Part shown: piece by piece, positions 28,279-37,681 of the stretch
Layout: each line of letters begins with the position of its first letter
Position numbering within the stretch: the first letter of the stretch is position 1
Origin: Nitrospirota bacterium
GTDB lineage: Bacteria; Nitrospirota; JACRHJ01
DNA: 64,000 bases
Direction of reading: 5' to 3'
Assembly: GCA_021784575.1 (NCBI GenBank)
Contig: JAJYHX010000001.1
Location: 413,917-477,916 of the forward strand
Translations under genes and position numbers: made by a program
The notes under the pieces: generated by a model
The model's database searches: none
What the model was told of the DNA's origin: nothing
The model's input: only the letters and a program-made list of their open reading frames with translations

Positions 28279-28767
28279 ATGAATATTCTCGATTCCATAG
28301 AAAAAGAGCAGATGAGGAGCATCCCCGAGTTCGCCATCGGGGACACGCTCAAGGTATCCCTGAAGGTAAAGGAAGGCGACAAGGAACGCATACAGATGTT
28401 CGAGGGTGTCTGCATCGCCAGAAACGGCGGCGGCATCCGCGAGACCTTCACCGTGCGCAAGGTCAGCTACGGCGAGGGCGTCGAAAGAATCCTGCCGCTT
28501 CACTCCCCGCTCATCGCCGACATAAAGGTCGCCAAGCGCGGCAAGGTGGCGAGGGCGAAGCTCTTCTACCTGCGCGACCTCTCCGGCAAGGCCACGAGGA
28601 TAAAGGAGAAGGAATTCAAGCCCGAAGGCGCGGGAAAAGCGGAGGCGTCAGCCAAGAAGGCGAAGGCCGAAAAGCCCGAAAAACCGGCAAAGGCCGAGAA
28701 ACCCGCAAAGGCGGAGAAGCCGGCAAAGGCGCCAAAGGCCCCTAAGGCTGCAAAGGCAAGGAAATAG
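28279..28767 (+). CDS. rplS: 50S ribosomal protein L19 with ~45-aa Lys/Ala/Glu/Pro-rich C-terminal extension
   Basis: [61 protein letters not shown]...; tail [33 protein letters not shown]. Confidence 0.9.
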   Translation: MNILDSIEKEQMRSIPEFAIGDTLKVSLKVKEGDKERIQMFEGVCIARNGGGIRETFTVRKVSYGEGVERILPLHSPLIADIKVAKRGKVARAKLFYLRDLSGKATRIKEKEFKPEGAGKAEASAKKAKAEKPEKPAKAEKPAKAEKPAKAPKAPKAAKARK

Positions 28768-28951
28768 CCGGAACCGCGTGGCGAGCGCACATATGACGAC
28801 CGGGACGGTAAATGTCAGTGAAGCGAATGGTCATGCGGGAAACTGTCCGAGGCGGGAGCCGGGTTTTCCCCGCATAATTGGCGGGCCTTGCATTTACCGG
28901 AGGGATTCATCCGGGAGCGAGGCGTGCGGGTCCGACAGCGGCAGGTAGAGT

Positions 28952-29605
28952 ATGCCGTCGAGTAAAAAACAGTCCGGTTTCGATTTCGGGGATGGCCTGG
29001 CGCCGTCCCTTTATTTTTTCGAGGCGGACCTTGCGGGCCGGGGGTATGCCAGGATTGCCGGCGTGGACGAGGCGGGCCGCGGGCCGCTTGCCGGGCCGGT
29101 GGTTGCGGGCTGCGTAATACTTCGGCCCGGCCAGACAATACCGGGCGTCAACGACTCTAAAAAACTCACCGAGCGCGAGCGCGACAGGCTCTGCAGGATT
29201 ATATGCGCCGAGGCGCTCGATTTCGGAGTAGGCATCGTCGAGGCCGGCGAGATAGACGAAATCAATATCTACCAAGCCGCCAGGAAGGCGATGCTGCTTG
29301 CCGCGCAGGACCTCAATGCGCCCCCCGACTTCATACTCCTCGACGCGATGAGCATAGACCTCGACATACCCCAGCGCTCCTTGATAAAGGGCGACTTAAG
29401 GAGCGCGTCCATCGCCGCCGCGTCGATTGTCGCAAAGACGACACGCGACCGCATCATGGTGCGCTACGACATGGAATACCCCCAGTACGGCTTCGCAAGG
29501 CACAAGGGCTACGGCGCCATGACGCACAAAGACGCCCTGAAAAGGCACGGTCCGTGCCCCATCCACAGGCGGTCTTTCCGGGGCGTCATAAACCCGGACG
29601 GATGA
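28952..29605 (+). CDS. rnhB: Ribonuclease HII
   Basis: IAGVDEAGRGPLAGPVVAGCVIL...DSKKL (DEDD active site); 217 aa. Confidence 0.9.
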   Translation: MPSSKKQSGFDFGDGLAPSLYFFEADLAGRGYARIAGVDEAGRGPLAGPVVAGCVILRPGQTIPGVNDSKKLTERERDRLCRIICAEALDFGVGIVEAGEIDEINIYQAARKAMLLAAQDLNAPPDFILLDAMSIDLDIPQRSLIKGDLRSASIAAASIVAKTTRDRIMVRYDMEYPQYGFARHKGYGAMTHKDALKRHGPCPIHRRSFRGVINPDG

Positions 29606-29671
29606 AAATAACCTATCGGCGCTTGCCTTATTTTTTCTTAATTGTTACAATTGGATTACAATTGAGTTTCT

Positions 29672-30211
29672 ATGTATCGGGGGGCGGGTCAATTGGAATA
29701 TTTCGACGTTATAAACGAAAAGGGCGAGATAATCGGGAAGGCGCTCAGAAGCGAGTGCCACGGGAACCCGGCGCTTTTGCACCGGGCGGCGCACGTGCTG
29801 GTGTTCAACAAGAAGGGGAAGCTTCTCTTGCAGCTGCGTTCAAAGGACAAGGACATCCAGCCCGGCAAATGGGATACGTCCGTCGGCGGGCACCTCGGTG
29901 TCGGCGAGAGCTACGAGCAGGCGGCCCTCAGGGAGATGAAGGAAGAGCTTGGAGTGGATCCGCCGGAGCTGGAACATCTCTACGACTACCCTATGCGGAA
30001 CGAGATTGAATCGGAGAACATACGAAGCTTCCTGACCCGGTGCGAAGGGCCGTTCACGCCGCAGGCGGAGGAGATAGAGAAGATCAAGTTCTGGAGCCTC
30101 GAAGAGATTGCGTCGTCCATGGGCAAGGGCGTCTTCACGCCGAATTTCGAGACGGAGTTTCGGATGCTTGCGCTCTTCTTCAAGAAGTCGGAAGACACGC
30201 CGCTTCACTAA
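29672..30211 (+). CDS. NUDIX hydrolase
   Basis: Nudix box GGHLGVGESYEQAALREMKEELGV (GX5EX7REUXEEXGU). Confidence 0.75.
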   Translation: MYRGAGQLEYFDVINEKGEIIGKALRSECHGNPALLHRAAHVLVFNKKGKLLLQLRSKDKDIQPGKWDTSVGGHLGVGESYEQAALREMKEELGVDPPELEHLYDYPMRNEIESENIRSFLTRCEGPFTPQAEEIEKIKFWSLEEIASSMGKGVFTPNFETEFRMLALFFKKSEDTPLH

Positions 30212-30255
30212 TTTCCCTCTCCATCGGCGGGAGAGGACGGGCACAGGGTGAACCA

Positions 30256-31266
30256 GTGAGTCCCGCATACCTGGGGACGCTTGAGACGGCGGACCCGCTG
30301 TATTCATATCTTGTAAAAGACGTCATGCCGAAGGTGAGGCTCGATGTAAGGACGCCGACCTTCCATGTCAGCCGCCTGTCCGGTTCCAACCTTGTATACC
30401 GATACCGGGAAAGCGCGTCTCAATTAAACCTCATCGGCAAGTTCTATACCCCGGCCGAGGCCTCGAAAGGGCCGAAGCTCATCGGGGAATATCACAACCT
30501 CAGGAAGGCGCGGGCGCTGGGGCTGACGGGGCCGCCGAACAGAGTCGTCCGGCCTCTTGCGAGCGAAAAAAGCCTGGGGCTCGGGCTCCTGGAAGAATAT
30601 GTCGCCGGGCGCGACCTCGACCATTACATCAGACGCGCGGCTTTCGAGGGCAGGCACGACAGGCTTAGGACGCGGCTTTCGGACCTGGCCTTCTTCCTCT
30701 CGGAGTTTCACAAAAGGACCACCTCGGACTTCCCGCTCTCGCTTGGGCGCTCGTCCGATTATTTCGACCGGATACTCTCAAAGCTCGCAAAGAAAGGTCT
30801 TCTGGACGAACACCTGGAGAGTGTTTTCAGAAAGCTCAAGGAAGCGTGGCTTGAGCGCGACTGCATGAAAGACGACCGCCGCGTGCTGGTGCACGGCGAC
30901 GCGACGCCGACGAACTTCATCTTTCCGGACGGCCAGGGGTGCATAGCGATAGACCTTGAGAGAATGCGCCCGGACGACCGGATGATGGATATAGGGATGA
31001 TTTGCGGGGAGCTCAAGCATTCCTTCCTCTGGCGCACGGGCAACAAATACGTCTCCGAGGAGCATATCGGGCATTTTCTAAACGAGTATGCGGGGCATTT
31101 CGGCAATCCGCGCAAGGTCTTCGGTAGCATAGCCCGCAGAAATCCCTTCTACATGGCCCTGACGGAGCTTCGCATAGCCCGTAACTCCTGGCTCGACCGG
31201 GAACACAGGAGGAGGCTCGTCTCGGAGGCGCGCGAATGCCTCGCATGGGGGCTCAAGCTTTCATGA
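30256..31266 (+). CDS. Aminoglycoside/choline-kinase-like phosphotransferase (APH family, protein-kinase-like fold)
   Basis: GTG start (VSPAYLGTLETADPLYSYL...). Catalytic Brenner motif VLVHGDATPTNFIF and D-loop IAIDLERM. The track ORF from 30040 is an upstream extension overlapping the NUDIX gene. Confidence 0.6.
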   Translation: MSPAYLGTLETADPLYSYLVKDVMPKVRLDVRTPTFHVSRLSGSNLVYRYRESASQLNLIGKFYTPAEASKGPKLIGEYHNLRKARALGLTGPPNRVVRPLASEKSLGLGLLEEYVAGRDLDHYIRRAAFEGRHDRLRTRLSDLAFFLSEFHKRTTSDFPLSLGRSSDYFDRILSKLAKKGLLDEHLESVFRKLKEAWLERDCMKDDRRVLVHGDATPTNFIFPDGQGCIAIDLERMRPDDRMMDIGMICGELKHSFLWRTGNKYVSEEHIGHFLNEYAGHFGNPRKVFGSIARRNPFYMALTELRIARNSWLDREHRRRLVSEARECLAWGLKLS

Positions 31267-31288
31267 GCCTGCCCGGAGGACATAGGCT

Positions 31289-31999
31289 TTGGGCATAAAG
31301 GCGCTGATATTCGACCTCTACGGGACGCTCGTCAATATCCGCACGGACGAGCAGGACCCGGCGATATACTCGGAGCTAAGCAAGTTCCTCTCGTACAGCC
31401 ATGTGAATATTTCCCCGGAAGACCTGAAAGACGAATACACGAGAGGCGTCAGGCGGTGCCTCTCCGCCGGGAAGGAGCAATACCCGGAAGTGGACGTGCG
31501 CCGCATATTCACCGGCATTGTAGGGTCGAGGCGCGAGGGCAGGGCGGAGCCTCGCACGGCCCTCGTCGCGGCGAGGCTTTTCCGCTCGCTCTCCAGAAAG
31601 AATTTCGAGCCTTTTCCGGGGATTTACGGGATGCTCGAGCGGCTGCGGGAACAATACTCAATGGCGCTTCTCTCGGACGCGCAGAGGTGTTTCACGGAGC
31701 CGGAGATAAACCAGCTAAAGCTCGGGTGGTTCTTCGACCGCATATTCCTTTCCTCGGATTACGGTTTCAGAAAACCGGAGACGAAATATTTCCGCATGGC
31801 CCTCGACGCGCTAAAGGTGGCCCCGGAAGAGGCCGTATACGTGGGAGACAACGCCTTCCGCGACCTCTGGGGAGCGAAAAAGGCCGGGATGCGAGTGGCG
31901 CTTGTAAACAGCTCCGTCCGCGAATACGACGGCATAAAACCGGACGTCTACATAGACGAAATAGCCTCGCTTGAGCAGGCCGTCGCGGATATGTTATAA
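31289..31999 (+). CDS. HAD-superfamily hydrolase (subfamily IA)
   Basis: Motif I ALIFDLYGTLV (DxD nucleophile), motif II LLSDAQ, motif III/IV ...VYVGDNAFRDLWGAKKAG; TTG start. Confidence 0.65.
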   Translation: MGIKALIFDLYGTLVNIRTDEQDPAIYSELSKFLSYSHVNISPEDLKDEYTRGVRRCLSAGKEQYPEVDVRRIFTGIVGSRREGRAEPRTALVAARLFRSLSRKNFEPFPGIYGMLERLREQYSMALLSDAQRCFTEPEINQLKLGWFFDRIFLSSDYGFRKPETKYFRMALDALKVAPEEAVYVGDNAFRDLWGAKKAGMRVALVNSSVREYDGIKPDVYIDEIASLEQAVADML

Positions 32000-32108
32000 T
32001 TTAAATCAGGAGTCGTGGGCCGGGGGCAGGGGGCGGCAAGATTCAAATTCCTTTATGCCTGCCGCCGACGGCTGACCCCCGGCTTCCGCTTTGTAGGAGG
32101 GTTTTGCG

Positions 32109-32453
32109 ATGGTAAGGTCGATTGAACGCGACGAGCTCAGGCGAAAGCTCCATGAATCGCCGGGCAGGGTAATACTGGTGGATGTCCGGGAGAGGGTCGA
32201 TTACGAAAATGAGCATATAAAAGGGGCCATATCCATACCAGTCTCCGAGCTGTCCATGCGTGTCCAGAAGGATTTCGGCAAGGATATGGAAATTATAGTA
32301 TACTGCGGCGCTTTCGATTGCACGATAAGCACCAAGGCCTCGGAGATTCTCCTGAACATGGGATACGAAAACGTCATGGAGTATGAAGGCGGGCTTAAAG
32401 ACTGGAAGATTGCCGGTTTCCTGACAGAGGGGCCTGAACGCCTCGCCGCATAA
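32109..32453 (+). CDS. Rhodanese-domain protein (single domain sulfurtransferase-like)
   Basis: 114 aa; VILVDVRERVDYENEHIKGAISIP...EIIVYCGAFDCTIS (active-site Cys loop). Confidence 0.7.
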   Translation: MVRSIERDELRRKLHESPGRVILVDVRERVDYENEHIKGAISIPVSELSMRVQKDFGKDMEIIVYCGAFDCTISTKASEILLNMGYENVMEYEGGLKDWKIAGFLTEGPERLAA

Positions 32454-32606
32454 GGCGCAAATTATCCTGAAACCCGCCCCCGGAGGCGAGTTTTTTTGTC
32501 TTCTTGCGCCCCGAATAAAATCAAGAAAATTATGGACAAAAAGCGGGCGGAGTGATAGATTATCTATCACTTTGTCGTATAGACGTTTTTTGAGACAGGA
32601 GCAGCC

Positions 32607-33614
32607 ATGTTTGTGAAACGCCTGGTAAGGACTTTTATTCCGTTCCTGATAGCGGGCGCCGTCCTCGCGGGGACTTCCCATGCCGCAAACGCCTTCAGGA
32701 ACGTCTCCGTGGGCCAGCACGCCCCCGACTTCACCCTTCAGGACAGCTCCGGCAAGGACTACTCCCTTTCGTCTTACTCGGGGAGGATTACGCTGGTAAT
32801 ATTCATCAGGCCGGACCAGGGGAGCTCCGTCAACGCGATGAAGATCCTCCAGAAGATATATCCCGAATTTTCATCAAAGGGTGTCGAGTTCCTGGCTATC
32901 GTCTCCGAGACCGACCAGAAAAACAACATACCCGTCCTGGTGCAGAAGGAAAATATTACGTTCCCGGTCCTGTTTGACGAAAACCGCAAGGTGTACGGCG
33001 CCTGGGGCACAATACTTTACCCCACAACCGGCATAGTCGGAAAAGACGGGAAACTGGCAGTCCAGGTGCCGATGTGCGACTGGAAATTCAAGGACACGGT
33101 CGTGGGCAACCTCAAACTTGCGCTGGGCGAGATAAGCAAAGAGCAGCTCGAAGAGGAGCTTAACCCGAAGGCCAACGAGACTGTCGCCCCGGGCCTGGCC
33201 AAGGCGCAGCGCCACATGATGCTGGCAGAAGACCTGATGAAGCGCCAGATGTACACGGACGCGTGCAAGCAACTTTCCGCTGCGGTCAAATCCGCGCCCG
33301 ACCTCACCGATGCGCATATAAAATACGGCTTCGCCCTCCTCAGCAAGGGAGATACGAAGAAGGCCGGGGAACAGTTTACCCTGGCGCTTAAGCAGGAGCC
33401 GAAATCGAACGATGCGAAGACGGGGCTTGGGTCCTGCCTTGTGGCGCAGGGGCAGGTGGATAAAGGCATCGAACTTCTGACGGAGGCGTCGAAGCTGAAC
33501 CCGCAGCCGGCCCGGGCGTATTTTGAACTCGGCAAGGCTTACGAGAAAAAGGGCGCCTTCGACAAGGCTGCGGAGTATTACAGAAAATCTGCGGAGAAAC
33601 TCGCCAACTGGTAA
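32607..33614 (+). CDS. Secreted thioredoxin-fold (AhpC/TSA-redoxin-like, no CXXC) protein fused to C-terminal TPR repeats
   Basis: Signal peptide MFVKRLVRTFIPFLIAGAVLAGTSHA; GQHAPDFTLQDSSGKDYSLSSYSGRITLVIFIRPDQGSS lacks the usual Cys pair; TPR-like helices (AYFELGKAYEKKGAFDKAAEYYRKSAE). Confidence 0.55.
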   Translation: MFVKRLVRTFIPFLIAGAVLAGTSHAANAFRNVSVGQHAPDFTLQDSSGKDYSLSSYSGRITLVIFIRPDQGSSVNAMKILQKIYPEFSSKGVEFLAIVSETDQKNNIPVLVQKENITFPVLFDENRKVYGAWGTILYPTTGIVGKDGKLAVQVPMCDWKFKDTVVGNLKLALGEISKEQLEEELNPKANETVAPGLAKAQRHMMLAEDLMKRQMYTDACKQLSAAVKSAPDLTDAHIKYGFALLSKGDTKKAGEQFTLALKQEPKSNDAKTGLGSCLVAQGQVDKGIELLTEASKLNPQPARAYFELGKAYEKKGAFDKAAEYYRKSAEKLANW

Positions 33615-33628
33615 GGTTTAAAGAACAG

Positions 33629-35425
33629 ATGACCGAGGAAAAGAACGGCGTTTTTAAAATAACGGCGGGCACCTTTGCGGGCCTCGCCGTTTTTTTTGGG
33701 GCTTTCACGGTATATCTCCTCACGCTCGCCCCGGAGGTGACATTCTGGGACTGCGGCGAGCTCTCCACCGCCGCGTGGTCTCTCGGAATCCCCCATCCTC
33801 CCGGATATCCCTTGTTCTGCATGATAGGAAAGCTCTTTACCTTCCTGCCGCTGGGGAGCATCGTCTACAGGCTGAACGTCATGTCCGCCTTCTTCGCCGC
33901 GGCAGTGGTATACGTCCTGTTCCTGACGCTTAAAAAAGTCCTTCGCGGGGCGCCTTTTGCCGAATGGCTTTCCGCCGCCGCCGCGCTGTCTTTTGCGTTC
34001 TACAGCTATTTCTGGGGCGTCTCCGTCGTGGCCGCCGTCCGCACCCTGTCGACATTCCTGCTTGCCCTGACCGCCTGGTTCCTGCTCGTCTTCGAGGAGT
34101 CCCAGGACATCAGGTGGCTCTACCTCTCCGCGTTTTTTCTGGGGTTTTCGCTTGTAAGCCACGAGAGCGCATATTTCATCATCCCGGCATTTATCATTTA
34201 CCACCTCTTGCGCCCAGGCACAAGGAAGGCCGGCGTAATCGCCGTGTCGGCGAGCCTGTTTTTGCTTGCATGGTCTGCGTTCCTTTACGAGCCCGTGCGC
34301 GGACATGCCGGGCCGATAATCGACATAGGCAGACCGGACACCTTCAGGAATATCCTGTGGACGCTGAAGTGGGACGTCTACGCCAACATGGTCAGGTCCA
34401 CCCTGTCGAACATCTCCTCGTTCTTTACGGGCGCAAGGATGGCCGCGGGCGCGGCGGGGCTCGGCCTTGCCGCCGTGGTCGTTTACCTGCTCAGGAAGCG
34501 GCGCTGGCTTCTGTTCATGGTCCTTGCCGGGGCGTCATTTTATCTCTGCATGACGTTCTTTACCCTGAACGCCACCGCGGTGAGGAAGATGGGCCTTCTC
34601 GACAAATATTACAACCCGGTCTTCATCTTCCTTATGCCCGCGCTGGCCGCGGGGTTTGCGTTTATGTGGGAGAGGTTCCCGGCAAGGAACAGGCTGGCGC
34701 CGGCCATTGCCGCAATTGCGCTTTCCGCGCTCCCGGCATTCCTGCTCGTCTCCAATTACAAGGCGCTCGATAACTCGAATAACTTCTTCGCGTACGACCT
34801 TGCCGGCAACGAGCTTAATTCGCTTCGGCCCTTTTCCGTACTATTCTCCTGGGGAGACAACGGCGTCTTCCCGATGTGGTACAGGCAGGGCGTCGAGAAA
34901 TACAGGGACGACGTTTTGCTCATACACGCCGAGCTTCTGTCATACGCCTGGTACATGGAGAACCGCCAGGCCGAGACGTACAGGAGATACGGCGTTGTCT
35001 TCTCGCCGTGCGCCCCCCTTTCGGACATCGGAAGCAATGTGGAGGCGATGGCCGCAACGCTGAAGAAGAGAACCCGCGTCTATTTCGATTTTTCCTCGGC
35101 GGCTCAGCTGAAGATCCCCATGACATCCCTGATTCCGCAGGGAGTGGCGTGGATGCTGCCGTCCGGGAGTCCTGAGCCCCTCGGGGAAATATGGGGACGT
35201 TATAATCTCCGGGGCGCCCTGGACGACAGTACGAACAAGGCCTTCGCGGTGGAGGGGATATTGAATATTTACGCATGGGAAGCGGCGGTGTGGTCCCAGA
35301 CCACGGCGCATCCGGCAGAGGCTTTAAGCGCCTATTTTATCGCAAAAAAACTCGGTTATAAAAACAAGCTTCTCGACAATTGGGCGATTTCGCTCCAAAG
35401 TAAGCTCGAAGGTGTTGGCAAATAA
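33629..35425 (+). CDS. Polytopic membrane protein, DUF2723 / GT-C fold (PMT-ArnT/TMEM260-like putative glycosyltransferase)
   Basis: 598 aa with ~11 predicted TM helices; N-terminal TFWDCGELSTAAWSLGIPHPPGYPLF motif characteristic of DUF2723. Confidence 0.55.
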   Translation: MTEEKNGVFKITAGTFAGLAVFFGAFTVYLLTLAPEVTFWDCGELSTAAWSLGIPHPPGYPLFCMIGKLFTFLPLGSIVYRLNVMSAFFAAAVVYVLFLTLKKVLRGAPFAEWLSAAAALSFAFYSYFWGVSVVAAVRTLSTFLLALTAWFLLVFEESQDIRWLYLSAFFLGFSLVSHESAYFIIPAFIIYHLLRPGTRKAGVIAVSASLFLLAWSAFLYEPVRGHAGPIIDIGRPDTFRNILWTLKWDVYANMVRSTLSNISSFFTGARMAAGAAGLGLAAVVVYLLRKRRWLLFMVLAGASFYLCMTFFTLNATAVRKMGLLDKYYNPVFIFLMPALAAGFAFMWERFPARNRLAPAIAAIALSALPAFLLVSNYKALDNSNNFFAYDLAGNELNSLRPFSVLFSWGDNGVFPMWYRQGVEKYRDDVLLIHAELLSYAWYMENRQAETYRRYGVVFSPCAPLSDIGSNVEAMAATLKKRTRVYFDFSSAAQLKIPMTSLIPQGVAWMLPSGSPEPLGEIWGRYNLRGALDDSTNKAFAVEGILNIYAWEAAVWSQTTAHPAEALSAYFIAKKLGYKNKLLDNWAISLQSKLEGVGK

Positions 35426-35874
35426 CTGAGCTATTTCGCGCAACACGGATTTTATGTTTGAGTGAGAACGCAGGACAAGGCTTGCCGGGCATATGATAAT
35501 TCAATAATTGTTATGAGTATATAAATATAATTTTAGACCCGCAGGGAAATCGGCCGCAGGCTGACCTGAAGATGTAATCCCTTGATTATTCAATAAATTA
35601 TTAATCAAGGCGGAATGACTTCCATGTGGATTGTAATTTTGGGAGGGGGAGTGCAGAAATGTGTTTTAAAGCTATAATAACCCGATTTTGCTTGGATTTT
35701 TCGCCATAGCGTTAATGCGGCGGAGGGGATTATGAGTTAAGCTATGATAAAAATGGGAGATGCTGTTTTCCGGGAAAGGCATGGGAATTGCATCCCTATT
35801 GGGATGGCTTCAGTGCAACTTAATAGTAAAAAATCCTGAAAACGGATTTTTTTAATAGGTTTGGAGGTAGGAAA

Positions 35875-37551
35875 ATGAAGGGTGGATACTTCGTGAAACC
35901 GTTGTTGTTTGCTTTAGTTTTCGGGGTGTTTATTGCCGGAGCGGTCCCGGCCTTCGCCGGCGGCGTTAAGTTCATGGGCGGATATCCAAGGCGTGAAGGC
36001 AAGTCCGTCCTTATGCAATGGCTTCCCGTTCACGGGGCATCGGCATACAAGGTCTACCGGGCCGAAGGACGCATGAAGGCCAGGGTCATAGGCGAGCCGA
36101 AGGTCAACAGGTTTATAGACAAGAGCCTCCCGGCGGGCAAGACCCTGCATTATTACGTCTCCGCGGTTATCGGCGGGAAAGAGTCCTCGAAGACGACGGT
36201 ATGGAGCACAACCACCGCCTCGAAGGCGCCTAAAAAAGTCTTTATTCCCCTTAAGACGCCAAGGCTCGCCGGCCTTCATCTGAAGCCGGAGCCCGGCAAC
36301 AAATACTCCGTCGGGATGAGGTGGGAAAACGCCGGCGGGACAAACTTTGTCGGTGTAAATATTTACCGCTCCACCGTAAAAGGCAAGGATTTCGCCCTCA
36401 TAGGCTCATCTTCCAGCGACATGTACAACGACAAAAACGTAAAGCCCGGCATGACATACTACTATGTCGCGACGTCCGTGGACAGCCAGTTCCACGAGAC
36501 CAGATATTCAAACGAGCTTTCGGTATCGATTCCATCTCCCGCAGCGCTGGCGGCTGAGCAGAAACAGGCCGAAAAAGAAGACGAGCCGGTAAAAATGAGG
36601 CCGGCGAAGCTCCTCTTCCGGATACCCGACAGCGAGGAATCTAAAAACAAGGATGAAATACCTTACGCGGCCATGTCCGTGGCCGTCGATGAGGCGGTTG
36701 GACACATATACGTCACTTCAGTGGTCTACGGCGGCGTCCTGGTATACAACCTCGACGGCAAATACCAGTTCGGCATCCGCAAGGACGGCGTGGACGGCAA
36801 GGAAAAATTCGGCACCGCGATGGGCGTGGCTGTCGGCAAGGGCGGCGATATTTACGTGTCCGATTACAGCGGCCCGACGGTAAGCATATTCGATTTCACG
36901 GGCAAGCCCGTCGGGACGATAAACATAGACACCACCAAAATGCCGGAATACAGCGACGTCCTGAGGAACCATGCCAGGAACCACAGCATAGCCATTGCAA
37001 AGGATGGAAGGATGTACATATGCGACCCGGCCGTCAATTCGATACACGTCTATAACGCCGCCAACAACAGACACATAACCGATTTCCGTGGCGCAAGGAA
37101 CGCGATGGAAGAAAAGAAATTCCACACGAAGCTTTTGCTGAACGGGCCGGCATATAGCGCAATACTGAATAATGGAGACCTGGCAATAGTGGATTCCGGG
37201 ATCGCCAGGATTGATGTATTGGACAAAGAGGGGCATCTTGTAAACCATATCGGGGAATACGGCGAGGGCGCGGGCGAACTCTACTTCCCGTCCGGCGTGG
37301 CGGTCGACAGGAAAGGCGATGTTTTTGTCGGACTGGCGCAGTCCCCGAACATACAGGTGTTCAGCCCGGAGGGCAAGTTCCTCTATGCGCTTAGCAATGA
37401 ATCTGCAAACGGGCCTTTGCCGATACAGTCCTCCGGCGGCCTGGCCGTAGACAGCCACGACAGGCTTTACGTGGCCGAGACGATGGCCGGCAGGGTCTCG
37501 GTATTCCAGCTTCAGGGGAATACCAGGGACATTAAGACGGGAGTAAAGTAA
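35875..37551 (+). CDS. Secreted NHL-repeat beta-propeller protein with two N-terminal fibronectin-III-like domains (paralog 1)
   Basis: Signal peptide MKGGYFVKPLLFALVFGVFIAGAVPAFA; FN3 signatures (YKVYRAEG...LHYYVSAV; VNIYRSTVKG...MTYYYVATSVD); ~6 NHL blades (GHIYVTSVVYGGVLVYNLDGKYQFG, GDIYVSDYSGPTVSIFDFTGKPVG, GRMYICDPAVNSIHVYN, GDLAIVDSGIARIDVLDKEGHLV, GDVFVGLAQSPNIQVFSPEGKFL, DRLYVAETMAGRVSVFQ). Confidence 0.7.
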   Translation: MKGGYFVKPLLFALVFGVFIAGAVPAFAGGVKFMGGYPRREGKSVLMQWLPVHGASAYKVYRAEGRMKARVIGEPKVNRFIDKSLPAGKTLHYYVSAVIGGKESSKTTVWSTTTASKAPKKVFIPLKTPRLAGLHLKPEPGNKYSVGMRWENAGGTNFVGVNIYRSTVKGKDFALIGSSSSDMYNDKNVKPGMTYYYVATSVDSQFHETRYSNELSVSIPSPAALAAEQKQAEKEDEPVKMRPAKLLFRIPDSEESKNKDEIPYAAMSVAVDEAVGHIYVTSVVYGGVLVYNLDGKYQFGIRKDGVDGKEKFGTAMGVAVGKGGDIYVSDYSGPTVSIFDFTGKPVGTINIDTTKMPEYSDVLRNHARNHSIAIAKDGRMYICDPAVNSIHVYNAANNRHITDFRGARNAMEEKKFHTKLLLNGPAYSAILNNGDLAIVDSGIARIDVLDKEGHLVNHIGEYGEGAGELYFPSGVAVDRKGDVFVGLAQSPNIQVFSPEGKFLYALSNESANGPLPIQSSGGLAVDSHDRLYVAETMAGRVSVFQLQGNTRDIKTGVK

Positions 37552-37681
37552 TCGTTTTCTTTGGAGTATCAAGGTATTGAGAGATTATGGAATCTATAAA
37601 TTTCGACAAGGAAGGGAGGTGAAGATTTTTTAGGGAGAAGTATCGTTAGCGCATTTTTTTCAATCAAACAGGAGAGTAGAG

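Noticed and set aside
33578-35311. Minus-strand and alternative-frame ORFs inside the DUF2723 membrane protein gene
   Set aside because: The + strand frame gives a coherent ~11-TM protein. The alternatives are Arg/Pro-rich artefacts.
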